Program-made: the position numbers and the translations under genes
Notes under the pieces: generated by a model
What the model saw: the letters and a program-made list of their open reading frames with translations, nothing else
Told to the model about the DNA's origin: nothing
The model's database searches: none
Part shown: in pieces, positions 1-9,229 of the stretch
How the letters are laid out: each line of letters begins with the position of its first letter
Position numbering within the stretch: the first letter of the stretch is position 1
Origin: a virus
Taxonomy: Duplodnaviria; Caudoviricetes
Direction: 5' to 3' (one strand)
IMG/VR virus record: IMGVR_UViG_3300036766_000466
Span: 1-58,665 of that record
Length of the DNA stretch: 58,665 nucleotides

Positions 1-238
1 CTCCCCGCCAAAAGGCCCCCGAATGGCTGGAAATGGCCTTAAAACCATATACCCCCTTGAGGGTGCCCCGGTTCCTTAGCCCAAAAGCGACAGCCTCCAT
101 CCCGGCATACCCCTGGTTTTCGGCCTCCCCGAGGACGGTGCGGATCGCTGAGGCTTCCGATATTCCCGCCGCCAACGCAGGGCTACAGCCGCCCAAGAAC
201 ATCACCGCCACAAGCATCAACCATTTGATTTTATGCAT
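1..238 (-). CDS. SleB/Hydrolase_2-like cell wall hydrolase, N-terminal part (runs off window; not in ORF track)
   Basis: Manual translation MHKIKWLMLVAVMFLGGCSPALAAGISEASAIRTVLGEAENQGYAGMEAVAFGLRNRG matches the RT.xGEA..G..GM.AVA...NR motif; signal peptide; alternative in-frame ATG at 250. Confidence 0.7.
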   Translation of the reverse strand, partial: MHKIKWLMLVAVMFLGGCSPALAAGISEASAIRTVLGEAENQGYAGMEAVAFGLRNRGTLKGVYGFKAISSHSGAFWRG

Positions 239-245
239 GGGTATA

Positions 246-275
246 ATCATATAATATTATATTGTAACAAGTCAA
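246..275 (-). promoter_or_regulatory. Sigma70-like promoter TTGACT-18-TATGAT
   Basis: Hexamers read directly; ATG at 238 lies 7 nt after the -10. Confidence 0.5.
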
Positions 276-319
276 TCATTTGTGGACTTGTCCAAACCCA
301 AATGTGAAATAGAATTTTT

Positions 320-682
320 TCAAGATGCCCACTCCTCATATTTTCTCCAGTTCGCCTCGACGAAACTCCGCACTATGATTCTGCGCCGGCCTTCGTCAAG
401 TACCGTCCACAAAAACGTATCGAATAAATCCCAACATTCGCCGAGCATGTCCGGGTCATGCGGCCATCTTAAAATCTGCTCGGGGTGAAGCTGATATTTG
501 AAAAGATCAACAACGTCTTGGAAATTCTCCCCGACGAACACCGCGAAATCCGCTTGAATGCTGTCGTCTGAATCGATCCAGGAAACCGCGTCGTCGTAGT
601 TGTAGTCGGGCGCGTCTCCGGTTCCGTAGATTTCTGGTTCTGTCCCAGAAACCCCAGGCGGATAATTTTCGTCGTAGATCAT
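320..682 (-). CDS. Hypothetical acidic phage protein
   Basis: 120 aa ORF with ATGA overlap to the upstream gene. Confidence 0.7.
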   Translation of the reverse strand: MIYDENYPPGVSGTEPEIYGTGDAPDYNYDDAVSWIDSDDSIQADFAVFVGENFQDVVDLFKYQLHPEQILRWPHDPDMLGECWDLFDTFLWTVLDEGRRRIIVRSFVEANWRKYEEWAS

Positions 683-996
683 TTTCCCTCCGCCTTTTTG
701 ATCGCGGCCATCAGCTGCTTAAATGTAGGACTGTTTTGATAATTCGCGTTCAGCATCTTGCCTAAGTCCGCTATGTGAAGACATGCGTCCTTTGCGGCCA
801 GGAGAAGGTCTGGGGCCGCGGCGATCAGATGGGCATTTGCCAATGCTGTTTGTTTGCCCACCCCCCCCATCCCGTGTAACGCTTGGGCTATTAAAGGGTG
901 CAATGGCCTAGCGCCTTCTGCCATAATTGCTACTGCGTGGTGTCGGCCGTCAACCTCGACTTCGCTAGTCCACGGCCCAGGCGTATGATTGGTCAT
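679..996 (-). CDS. Conserved phage hypothetical protein (HTPGPW...ANAxLIAAAPDLL type)
   Basis: Both hallmark motifs present; AGGAG SD upstream. Confidence 0.85.
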   Translation of the reverse strand: MTNHTPGPWTSEVEVDGRHHAVAIMAEGARPLHPLIAQALHGMGGVGKQTALANAHLIAAAPDLLLAAKDACLHIADLGKMLNANYQNSPTFKQLMAAIKKAEGK

Positions 997-1025
997 TTCT
1001 TTGTCTCCTGTGTGAATCTACGGAA

Positions 1026-1054
1026 ATCATACACGATATATTATTATATTACAA
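1026..1054 (-). promoter_or_regulatory. Sigma70-like promoter TTGTAA-17-TATGAT
   Basis: Hexamers with 17 bp spacer in AT-rich intergenic DNA upstream of 996. Confidence 0.55.
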
Positions 1055-1070
1055 CATTTATTTTAGGCAC

Positions 1071-1113
1071 AAAAACCCTCCCCCGCATAACGACCAATTA
1101 TAGAGAGGGAGGT
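1071..1113 (-). terminator. Probable intrinsic terminator ending the tail/lysis operon
   Basis: Imperfect GC stem CCTCCC...GGGAGGG followed by TTTTT on the minus strand. Confidence 0.5.
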
Positions 1114-1136
1114 AAAAACGGGCCCAAGCCCGTTGT

Positions 1137-1874
1137 TTAAATTGTGGGGGAGCCGGAGCGGAGTTTTGAGACTAGGAGCTTTGTCGATTCGTCTTGTTTG
1201 GTTTTTAGGGCGTCAAGGAAGGCCGCCTTCGTGTCCGTGAGGGCTTTTGATACTGCCTGGTAGGTTGTCCGGATCGCGTTGTGTGAAGCGAGCATTTGAG
1301 GATCGGTTGTTATAGCCGCCGCCTGGGTCGCGGCATCGACGGACGCATTCGCTGATTTGATCGCGGCGTCAAAAACGTTCAGCCCTTCATCGACGGAGAG
1401 CACGATCCTCTGTGCCTCGGTTGCTAGGTCAGCGTGTTTCTTTCCAAGCTGATCTGCTATCGCAAGGGCCGCTTTTTTTGCCTTCTCGTTAATTTTATTC
1501 ATCACAAGGCCAAGAGGCGCGAAGAACATCCCGGCGATTGTCAGGGCGATCCACCACCATCCGAGTTCTTTTAATTTTTGCCAGATTGTTTTCTTTGGAA
1601 TGACTTGCTCGTCAAGGGTTTCGTTGGATACCACCCGCTTGAATATCAGCCCCTCGGAACCGTCCGAGAGTTTCACCTTCACCGGCTTTCCATCCTCGGT
1701 GTACGGCTCCATCGTCTCGCGGTAGTTAATCTTCTGCGTGGTTTTCTGTCCGTCCCCTCCACCGAGATTGACGAGATTTTTTGCCGGGGTCAGGGTGAAT
1801 ACAGCCAGTGTCGCCGCGCTGATTAAAAAGATGATCGCAAGCGTTCCTTCGATTACGAATCCCTTGTTTTTCAT
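1137..1874 (-). CDS. Membrane protein with two hydrophobic segments and a helical C-terminus (possible lysis/spanin-like)
   Basis: TM segments TLAIIFLISAATLAVFTL and WWWIALTIAGMFFAPLGLV; position after tail genes. Confidence 0.6.
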   Translation of the reverse strand: MKNKGFVIEGTLAIIFLISAATLAVFTLTPAKNLVNLGGGDGQKTTQKINYRETMEPYTEDGKPVKVKLSDGSEGLIFKRVVSNETLDEQVIPKKTIWQKLKELGWWWIALTIAGMFFAPLGLVMNKINEKAKKAALAIADQLGKKHADLATEAQRIVLSVDEGLNVFDAAIKSANASVDAATQAAAITTDPQMLASHNAIRTTYQAVSKALTDTKAAFLDALKTKQDESTKLLVSKLRSGSPTI

Positions 1875-1883
1875 TTGCCCTCC

Positions 1884-2135
1884 CTATGCGGCATATCTCG
1901 TTTCGGTTTTAAAATTCATGTAGGCGGCCCTGATGTAGTGCTCGGCTTTTTCGTTCAGATCTGGGAATTCTTTTTTTAATTGTTCGATGGCCCAGACTCT
2001 TTTCTCGGCGCCCTTCTCGTCTCCCATTTTGTCTTGGGCTGATCGCACAAGTCTCCAGGCACAACGCTGGATGAGTTCTTCATTGCTATTTTTTTCCGCG
2101 TTCTGACAGTCGTAAGACAGTTCTATGAATGCCAT
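1884..2135 (-). CDS. Hypothetical protein resembling the soluble part of LL-H-type holins
   Basis: LVRSAQ...GAEKR.WA...IRAAY pattern; no TM segment. Confidence 0.5.
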   Translation of the reverse strand: MAFIELSYDCQNAEKNSNEELIQRCAWRLVRSAQDKMGDEKGAEKRVWAIEQLKKEFPDLNEKAEHYIRAAYMNFKTETRYAA

Positions 2136-2144
2136 ATTTTCCTT

Positions 2145-2675
2145 TTATTGAAACCGCAGGAAGGGTCTTAAATCCTGGTAGATATATCCATCTCCTGTGT
2201 TTGATTCCGCATCTTCAAAATTCACGATCTTCGTTTCTGTTTTCTTGTGCCAGATCGCGCAGATTGGAAGACGCGTGTCCCCGGAGGGCGAGAGACTCGG
2301 AAGGGTTGGGCTTGCCGCTTCTGTCCCAGTTACGATTCGTAGATCACCCGATGGAGTGAGATAAACGATGTCTATTCTTGGGCTAACGGACGGGGCGGCC
2401 ATCGATGGAGAATCCCCGGAGCTGAAGAACGTGCGCTTGTCGTTATTCCCAGAACCGTAGTAGATCGGGTTGTAGTAGGAGGAGGCATCGCGCCCGCGTA
2501 CCAAGATTTTTAAATCGGCTGGATTGTGCGCCCTTGGCTGAAGAGGGATCATATCCAAAAATGCCAGGGCCTGAAGCTGTCGTTTTATATTCGCAATTAA
2601 AAATAATGCCGAATCGCCGGATGAGGGGAAGGTAACGTCGAGGTACGGGCGTGCGTTTGTAAACGGGTCAGCCAC
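2145..2675 (-). CDS. Minor tail/fibre-attachment virion protein
   Basis: PRIDIV...VTGTEAASPTLP motif typical of minor tail proteins; five [ST]GD motifs. Confidence 0.7.
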   Translation of the reverse strand: MADPFTNARPYLDVTFPSSGDSALFLIANIKRQLQALAFLDMIPLQPRAHNPADLKILVRGRDASSYYNPIYYGSGNNDKRTFFSSGDSPSMAAPSVSPRIDIVYLTPSGDLRIVTGTEAASPTLPSLSPSGDTRLPICAIWHKKTETKIVNFEDAESNTGDGYIYQDLRPFLRFQ

Positions 2676-2746
2676 TAATCAATCCTTTCGGTTTCATTGA
2701 TTCCAATAATTCTACAACCAAAAACCTATTTTTTCTATTAATACCG

Positions 2747-5700
2747 TCAAGGCGATGTTACCGTCAATTTCGCGTAGATGAGACGAATAATGGCGGTCGA
2801 TATTTTTGCCTGAATCAAGAATTTGAATTTCGCGTACCTTGTCGTATACGTCCCGGCGATAAAATTAACGAATGAGCTGAATGTAATCCCATCGGCGGAG
2901 GTCGCCCACTGCGCGATCATCGACCCCTGGCTATTCGAGGAGTATGCCTGCGTCTCCAAAATGAATGTTCCGGTGGTTGATACAAGGAGATCGATTATTT
3001 CGGTCGTGTAATTTTCCTGCGTCGTGATAAATGGATCAAACCCGAATCGCACCCCAGAGTTTTGGATGGCCAGCCACGTCGCGTAGTTTACCTGTAACGA
3101 CAACCACGTGTTGATTGTCTTTGGCTGGATTGTCATTCGGTAATACGCGGGGTTGTAATCAGTCGTCGGAACGAGATTAAGCCCGGATGAAATCGAACCG
3201 AATAGCGGATGAGGGAAATCTGTGATCCTGGAGAAAAGATCAAACTCGAACACGACAACCGAGCCCACCGGGGAGGTGGCCGTGACACTTGTACATGCGG
3301 CACCTGACGAATAATTCCCGCTTCGGTCGATGGCCTTAATGCAGTATTTTTTTGTCGCGGCCGGGACATTAAAAATATTGTAGTTCGTACCCCCGTATCC
3401 CGTGACAACAACCGACCCGGTTTCCCAAACCGAGTTTACATCGCCCTGCCTTACTTCGTAACCGAAGAGGTCTGCGTCCGCGATTGGGTTCCAAGATAGG
3501 GCAACGTGATCGACGGAGAAGACCCCGGATAAGCTCAAAACGTCCGACGGGGGGCTGACGTTTCCAAGAAGTGTGATGCTCGCCGTATTATTTCCGGGAG
3601 AGATGACCCCCTTTATCGTGACGGCCCTGACGCGCACCTTAACCACCGTTCCGTTCGGCGCGTTCCCGACCGTGACTATAAATGACGTGCTATTGCTGTT
3701 GGCCACGCCTGCGTCGCCCCAAGTCGATCCCTGATCGAGCGACACCTGGATGAGATAATAATTCAGGTTCAACAAAATATCGGCGGGCACTGCCGTCCAC
3801 GATACGGCGATATTTGTGATATGAGTGCCGTCGTTTAGTTGAAAACCCTGCTCCACAAGCGTGATATTTGTTGGGTCTGGCGGGACGGCATACGGGTTTG
3901 AGAAGGCCGGGATTATCATTTGTACCGGCCCGGCTCCGACATGATCGTCGTACAAGGACGGATTATACTCTTTGCAGGAGAACCTTATCTCTTCATTATC
4001 AGATTCTTGTGCGTTCGTAATTCTGAATAACTTTCTCGTGAATCTCGCGGACTGTTGGGTGACGCAAATAACATCACCCACCTCGCAATGAATCGAATCA
4101 AGCCGTGCGGAAAATTCAATATTGACCGCCGCATACTTCATGCTCGCCATTAAAAACTTCGCCATTCGGGAGGCTTGGCTCGCTCGCGTAATTCCCAAGA
4201 GTGATACATCCCTGGTGATGATGGTGTTCCTGTCGTCCTGATCTATTCGGTCGTCAACCTGCGTGTACACCTTCACGTAGTTTTGGTCAGGGTCAACCCA
4301 CTGCACGCGGAGTCTATTTGGGCGGTCGTCGATGGAGGGCATGTTCCAACTGAATGAATCTTTGACGATATTCCCCGGGTCGAAAGTCGCATTGGCCGCT
4401 GTCGTTGACCCATCCCCAAAGTATTGGGTGATCGGAGCGATTTTTTCAATCATCAATTTCACCTTGCTTCCCGAGTACACTAAAAAGCCACCAAAGGTGG
4501 CGAGCATGTCATTCAACGAATCCCCGGCCGGGCGTTGAGTATCAAGAATGTAATCAAGACGAAAGCGATGGTTTAGGCCGTCGTCTTGGCATATCAGAAA
4601 AGGATCAAAACCGTTCCACTGAAGTAAAATCCCCCACAATATTACTGGCTTCGCCGGAGACCCAGATACACTACTGCGAAGATAGAAATAAGTGTCTTGC
4701 GGCACAGCAACCTGGTTTGTGATGTCATTTGCGTCTGTATCGGTATTACTTAATGTGACGGACAGCGAGCTAACATTTTGCATTCCGGTTGCCAATGCGA
4801 GGGTGATTGATGCTCCTGCGCCTGGCGGAGCGTCGAACCCGCCATAAATATATAGATTTTTTAAAGAAACATTACCGAGCGCATTCCATTTTCCAATATT
4901 ATCTGTGCCATTATCTTGAAGCTCAGTCAGACCCAAAATACCTGTCCTAGTCGGTGGAGAGGAGGGAGTGAGACTATACGACAACGAAAGAAGTGGCATC
5001 CACGTCTGTCCGTCGGAGGTAAAAGTTAAAAGAACCGGATCGTATGTTCCTGATGCAAAACTACAAGACCACCTAGCCTCAGTGTTCGGCGGGAAGGCCC
5101 CAGTCCTGCCACCCTCAAAAATTATTTTATCCCCGGTGGCCACAGGAATCACTGTTGTGACATCTGTGATAAGGGTATCGGCTTCCCCAAGAACGTATGA
5201 AAATTGAACCGCGCCATTCTTGTGCAGTTTGAATGTTCTGCCAAATCCTACTCCGGGTGGAGTGTCTATTTGAAAGTAAAAGTTTTTAAGTATCCCGGTG
5301 GACGGAAAAGGAAATCCACCTCCCGCGGATACCTCCGCGGCAGTAATATAAAGACTTGTTCTATCAAAATTAATACCTGTCCCGCCCCACCATCCGCTGA
5401 ATAATCCGGCAAGAGTTCCGTTAAGTCTCGCTGAAGTACACCCCATCAACATAAAACTCGCCGAATTAAAAAGTATCACTGCGTCGAATTGTAATCCACT
5501 GGAATCCGGCGTTCCAGTCGGAACTATTTTCAGACTGATGGTGTCGCCCTGCGCGAAAGTGAGGATGGTTGTAAAATCAAACGCGGTTAGGCCCGTGTCA
5601 CTGATCGTAAGAGTTAGGCCGGTATCAATCTGGTTTTTCCTAACGGTAAATTGCCAAGATTTTCCTGCGCCTGGAATCACATTCAGCTTTATCTTAAATC

Positions 5701-5866
5701 CACCGACAAAGCACGCCTCAGAGCAAATCAAAAGCGATTGCATCTCATCCGATGAGGAAGTATTATCACCATTATCATTTGTAAACCCGAACGGAGAATA
5801 ACCCGTTACAGTATTGCTTCCAATCCTCCCCGACCCAATGAAATAAGGATAAGTAACGTTTGCCAT
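2747..5866 (-). CDS. Tail tip/host-specificity protein (J-like, Phage-tail_3 + FN3), C-terminal chain with ~430 aa N-terminal triple-repeat domain
   Basis: RPNRLRVQWVDPDQNY, GITRASQASRMA, CEVGDVI, EYNPSLYDD and FN3-like repeats; start placed at the TAATG overlap (5866). Confidence 0.85.
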   Translation of the reverse strand: MANVTYPYFIGSGRIGSNTVTGYSPFGFTNDNGDNTSSSDEMQSLLICSEACFVGGFKIKLNVIPGAGKSWQFTVRKNQIDTGLTLTISDTGLTAFDFTTILTFAQGDTISLKIVPTGTPDSSGLQFDAVILFNSASFMLMGCTSARLNGTLAGLFSGWWGGTGINFDRTSLYITAAEVSAGGGFPFPSTGILKNFYFQIDTPPGVGFGRTFKLHKNGAVQFSYVLGEADTLITDVTTVIPVATGDKIIFEGGRTGAFPPNTEARWSCSFASGTYDPVLLTFTSDGQTWMPLLSLSYSLTPSSPPTRTGILGLTELQDNGTDNIGKWNALGNVSLKNLYIYGGFDAPPGAGASITLALATGMQNVSSLSVTLSNTDTDANDITNQVAVPQDTYFYLRSSVSGSPAKPVILWGILLQWNGFDPFLICQDDGLNHRFRLDYILDTQRPAGDSLNDMLATFGGFLVYSGSKVKLMIEKIAPITQYFGDGSTTAANATFDPGNIVKDSFSWNMPSIDDRPNRLRVQWVDPDQNYVKVYTQVDDRIDQDDRNTIITRDVSLLGITRASQASRMAKFLMASMKYAAVNIEFSARLDSIHCEVGDVICVTQQSARFTRKLFRITNAQESDNEEIRFSCKEYNPSLYDDHVGAGPVQMIIPAFSNPYAVPPDPTNITLVEQGFQLNDGTHITNIAVSWTAVPADILLNLNYYLIQVSLDQGSTWGDAGVANSNSTSFIVTVGNAPNGTVVKVRVRAVTIKGVISPGNNTASITLLGNVSPPSDVLSLSGVFSVDHVALSWNPIADADLFGYEVRQGDVNSVWETGSVVVTGYGGTNYNIFNVPAATKKYCIKAIDRSGNYSSGAACTSVTATSPVGSVVVFEFDLFSRITDFPHPLFGSISSGLNLVPTTDYNPAYYRMTIQPKTINTWLSLQVNYATWLAIQNSGVRFGFDPFITTQENYTTEIIDLLVSTTGTFILETQAYSSNSQGSMIAQWATSADGITFSSFVNFIAGTYTTRYAKFKFLIQAKISTAIIRLIYAKLTVTSP

Positions 5867-6600
5867 TAGGTCGCTATGATCTCCTCGCAATAATCATACG
5901 CGGCCCCAAACGTCGCATCATCCAGGGCAGATACCGGCATCCCAAGTCCATATCTTTCGTTTGTCAGCACGTCCCGGATGATGGCGGCCGGATTTCTGGA
6001 GAATGAATCTCCCGTACTCCAAACCCCACCCTGCCAAGTCTTAATTTTCTTCCCCGCGCCAATGGATGTAATCGTTGGGTTTCCGCCTTTTAGCTGATCC
6101 GATGATGCGAGAGTTACCGAAAGATAGGCGAGATTCCGAAGGTTCATATTGGCGCTCAGAGAATCCCCTGAGGAGTTGACTGTCGGAACCCTAGAATCCG
6201 CGGTTTGCGTGTTCGTGCCAACATAGGCCGTCGCACTGCACCCTGGGGCTTCCTCCCCATTGGCTATGAGTAAATCGTTCGCCCTGATGTCTGAAAGGCC
6301 GCAAATCTCCCCCTCGCAGACACCGATAATTTTATTGATCGTAAGCCCCGCCTCGGATTGCCAGACGGTGTTCCCGGCTACTTTGAGGCGTCCGTAAAGG
6401 ATGGGAACAGCCAGTTCGTTGGTAGTCGTATTGTCCAGGAAGAAGGAGCCGTACCTGGGAGACCCACCCAGATCACCCTGAGACCCAAAACTGATCGTCG
6501 AGGGTTTTGGAGGGTTAAATATACTGTAGATGGCTATTCCGGCGGAGATGATGGCGAAGCCAGCGGCGATATATGGGAGCGCGGGAATCAAAAATGGCAT
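5866..6600 (-). CDS. Tail tip protein N-terminal chain
   Basis: VPILYGR..AGN, CEGEI, NLAYL, NPAAIIRDVLTNERYGLG, YDYCEE motifs of J-like N-terminal regions. Confidence 0.85.
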   Translation of the reverse strand: MPFLIPALPYIAAGFAIISAGIAIYSIFNPPKPSTISFGSQGDLGGSPRYGSFFLDNTTTNELAVPILYGRLKVAGNTVWQSEAGLTINKIIGVCEGEICGLSDIRANDLLIANGEEAPGCSATAYVGTNTQTADSRVPTVNSSGDSLSANMNLRNLAYLSVTLASSDQLKGGNPTITSIGAGKKIKTWQGGVWSTGDSFSRNPAAIIRDVLTNERYGLGMPVSALDDATFGAAYDYCEEIIAT

Positions 6601-6601
6601 T

Positions 6602-7072
6602 TTAGTCTGTCCTATCTATGGCTTTATTTAATCTCATACCGCCAAAACAGCGATTCTTGACTTCCGTATCAAGAATTCTCACAAAACTTTTGTTGTCCAA
6701 TTCGCTTGAGAGATAGTGCCTGTTGTCCACCATCACCCCAAGCCCTGTCGGATACCGGCTGACTGACGCGTGCGCGTACAAAAGAATAAGATCAAACTTC
6801 CTTAGCTCTTGAAACGAAATAAGAGACCCATGTTTTTTAATTATTTCTAGCGTCTGAGACGGTTTCTTTTTAAACCAATGCTCTAACACCTTTCCGTTCT
6901 CCTGAATGTCTCTAGTAAAATCGTTATACGAAACTTTGACCCCATTGTCATTTAACCAAAGAAGTGCGATTCCCACGCAATCGGCGCCATCGAGCTTGCT
7001 ACCGCCATATTTGAAAGGAACATCGATGAATTTTGGATTGACCATGCTGTTCGCATCTATTTTTATGCTCAT
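6602..7072 (-). CDS. NlpC/P60-like tail assembly protein
   Basis: PFKYGG...GADCVGI motif; position between DUF2163 and the tail tip. Confidence 0.8.
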   Translation of the reverse strand: MSIKIDANSMVNPKFIDVPFKYGGSKLDGADCVGIALLWLNDNGVKVSYNDFTRDIQENGKVLEHWFKKKPSQTLEIIKKHGSLISFQELRKFDLILLYAHASVSRYPTGLGVMVDNRHYLSSELDNKSFVRILDTEVKNRCFGGMRLNKAIDRTD

Positions 7073-7986
7073 GCGCGGCGGACAAGCATATCCGGGATCG
7101 AAATAAATCCACCATACTCCGAATTATTCTGAAATCTATCCGTGCAATTTTGGAGTGTGTGGTCGCAGTCCCTCTGGATGGTGTACTGATCTCCGGCCAC
7201 CACGACGAAAGGGAAATTCGATTCGAGGTATAAATCACCCGTCGCGGTGGATTGGATAATGCGCCGTTTCACGCCGATGTTACCCGCCGTGCCACCCGTC
7301 ATTTGGATGATGCCTGGCGCCCAATAATCCCCGGACGCTCCCTCGCTTCGGGCCCCGTCCGTAAGGTGAACCTGGCTCGGGGTCGAATCGATTGTCTGGG
7401 CAGTTTTGGTGTCGAATAGCTGTGTCTGGTTTAGGTGTGCCGCGCAGTCCCCTGTATGACCAAACCTCCAATTGCAGACCCCCTGGTACGTCCTTCTCGG
7501 GATATTGAAGGCGAGGGATTGGAAGAAATTATTCCTGGCCTGGGCGGTGAACTTTGATTGGTTGAGCGCGGGCGCGTCAAGTACCCCGTCAAACATGACG
7601 ACAAAATTATTGCCGTCGCCGTCTGCGGGACTAGCTAGATAATCCGCAAACACCTTTCGGATTATGATTCGCTTTCCGCGTAGATCTAAATTTAAAAAAT
7701 ATTGGGAAAGGGTTCTGTCTACATTGTCGAGAGACAGGCTGACAGAATCAATCTTGGAATCGATATGCCGAGCGATTGGGCTTCGCCCTATTCCGAGACT
7801 GTTGAACGTTTTTGGAGTGCCGTCAACGTATGAAAAAAATTCTAATGCCCTATTTGTTACGGCAAAAAAAACGGTGTTGGAGTCAACGGTGGTGGTTGAC
7901 CCAAGATGGATATCCCACAATTCGATTGGCGCACTTTGTGGTTCTGCTTTACGTCTTAGAAATGCGGAGGACGGTGTGCGTGGCAT
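7069..7986 (-). CDS. DUF2163/BR0599-type tail hub protein
   Basis: Cys set C.WRF...C, CDHT..NC..RF.N...YGGF..IP. Confidence 0.85.
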   Translation of the reverse strand: MPRTPSSAFLRRKAEPQSAPIELWDIHLGSTTTVDSNTVFFAVTNRALEFFSYVDGTPKTFNSLGIGRSPIARHIDSKIDSVSLSLDNVDRTLSQYFLNLDLRGKRIIIRKVFADYLASPADGDGNNFVVMFDGVLDAPALNQSKFTAQARNNFFQSLAFNIPRRTYQGVCNWRFGHTGDCAAHLNQTQLFDTKTAQTIDSTPSQVHLTDGARSEGASGDYWAPGIIQMTGGTAGNIGVKRRIIQSTATGDLYLESNFPFVVVAGDQYTIQRDCDHTLQNCTDRFQNNSEYGGFISIPDMLVRRA

Positions 7987-8577
7987 TCAAATTATTTCCT
8001 GCAATTCCATCCCGTAATTCCACAACTCCCCCGTGAATGCCTCCCGGCTGATATTGTCGTCCTTAAATCTTGTCGAATAATAAAATCGGTAACTCGTGGC
8101 CCTTAGAACATCCCCCGACGGAAGCGCGGGACTGGTCGTAATCGCACCCGTATTGTTATTTATCGTGTATGTCGAATAAGCCAGATAGTCGCCGGTGCCT
8201 TTAACTGACCGCGTTAAAGATTCGCTCCCCGAGACGACAATTAAATCCCCGGTCGCAAAATCGACCTTGCCCCCAAGATAAAATAAACTCCTGACTCCAT
8301 CACCAGATCCAATGGTCTCGGCTGTTACCGGATTTTCATTTGGGTTCTGGAATAGGAATGTATTGAACGATCCCTTCATCCGGGTATAGAAACGCCAGAT
8401 GCTGTCGGTCTCTACCACCTGACGGGCGTCCAGCTTTACGCGAAAGGTGCGTCTAGGTTTTAACCATTTTTGATAACGCTGTTCCTTGCCGCTTTCACCT
8501 TCTGAAACGATGGTGAAAAATTGGATTGATTCTGAAAAAGGCGTGTCTAGTGTGTAGCTGAATACCTCGTTTCCCAT
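7987..8577 (-). CDS. DUF2460 (TIGR02217-like) distal tail protein
   Basis: GKEQR...W, G.GDG...F, RF..D motifs; position after tape measure. Confidence 0.8.
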   Translation of the reverse strand: MGNEVFSYTLDTPFSESIQFFTIVSEGESGKEQRYQKWLKPRRTFRVKLDARQVVETDSIWRFYTRMKGSFNTFLFQNPNENPVTAETIGSGDGVRSLFYLGGKVDFATGDLIVVSGSESLTRSVKGTGDYLAYSTYTINNNTGAITTSPALPSGDVLRATSYRFYYSTRFKDDNISREAFTGELWNYGMELQEII

Positions 8578-8585
8578 AGGTCAAG

Positions 8586-8837
8586 TTATCCGACAATCTC
8601 CTGTCCACCGTTTGTTGTAACATTCGCAACAGTCACGCCGAGAAGACCGGCCAATGCCTGTGCTTTTGCCTCTGGATATTTCGCACTAATGTAGCTTGAG
8701 CCATCGCGTCCACCGCCAGCAAACACGATGATTGGAACGCCGATAGCTGCCGCCATCTGTTCATTCGTCACCGGGACGTTGAGCGAGTTTCTATAATTCA
8801 CAAGACGTTTTCCACCTCTCAAGCAATAATCGGACAT
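8586..8837 (-). CDS. Small tail-region protein, paralogue A
   Basis: 83 aa; aligns end to end with 8981..9229. Confidence 0.75.
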   Translation of the reverse strand: MSDYCLRGGKRLVNYRNSLNVPVTNEQMAAAIGVPIIVFAGGGRDGSSYISAKYPEAKAQALAGLLGVTVANVTTNGGQEIVG

Positions 8838-8956
8838 TGGTTTATTACCTTTCTATATTCTTCCTCGGTTTTTGTTTTTTTCTTACGATTGCATAGTGGA
8901 CACGCCACCGCAAGGTTATTGTTTTTTCCTGACCACCTTACAAGAATGTGTCGCAC
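8819..8956 (-). pseudogene. HNH endonuclease remnant
   Basis: Manual translation VRHILVRWSGKNNNLAVACPLCNRKKKTKTEEEY is the C-terminal half of an HNH domain. Confidence 0.6.
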
Positions 8957-8980
8957 CTTTAATTCCAACCATAAATTCCT

Positions 8981-9229
8981 TTAGATTAAAACCTGATCCC
9001 CGCTCAGGTTGATGTTGTTGACTGTTGTACCCATAACAACCGCAAGATTCTGCGCTTGGACTTCTCCGTAGGTCGCAGTGAAACTATTTTTGTCTTTCCC
9101 GGCGCCCATGAAATTTATTTTTGGAATACCCGTGGCGACGGATAAGTCTCGGATATCACACGGACGTCCCAGGATATTCCAGTATTCTAAGAGCTTGCGA
9201 GTTCCCTGTAGGACATAAGGCATCGTCAA
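8981..9229 (-). CDS. Small tail-region protein, paralogue B
   Basis: 82 aa; ATGA overlap with the tape measure stop. Confidence 0.75.
   Translation of the reverse strand: MTMPYVLQGTRKLLEYWNILGRPCDIRDLSVATGIPKINFMGAGKDKNSFTATYGEVQAQNLAVVMGTTVNNINLSGDQVLI

Noticed and set aside
33-254. Plus-strand 73 aa ORF
   Set aside because: The opposite strand carries a recognisable SleB-like motif and promoter
2747-5866. Diversity-generating retroelement targeting the tail tip
   Set aside because: No reverse transcriptase and no template/variable repeat pair noticed in the window
2747-8577. Gene transfer agent
   Set aside because: The tail tip is GTA-like, but the Mu-like head, homing nucleases and many accessory ORFs indicate a true phage
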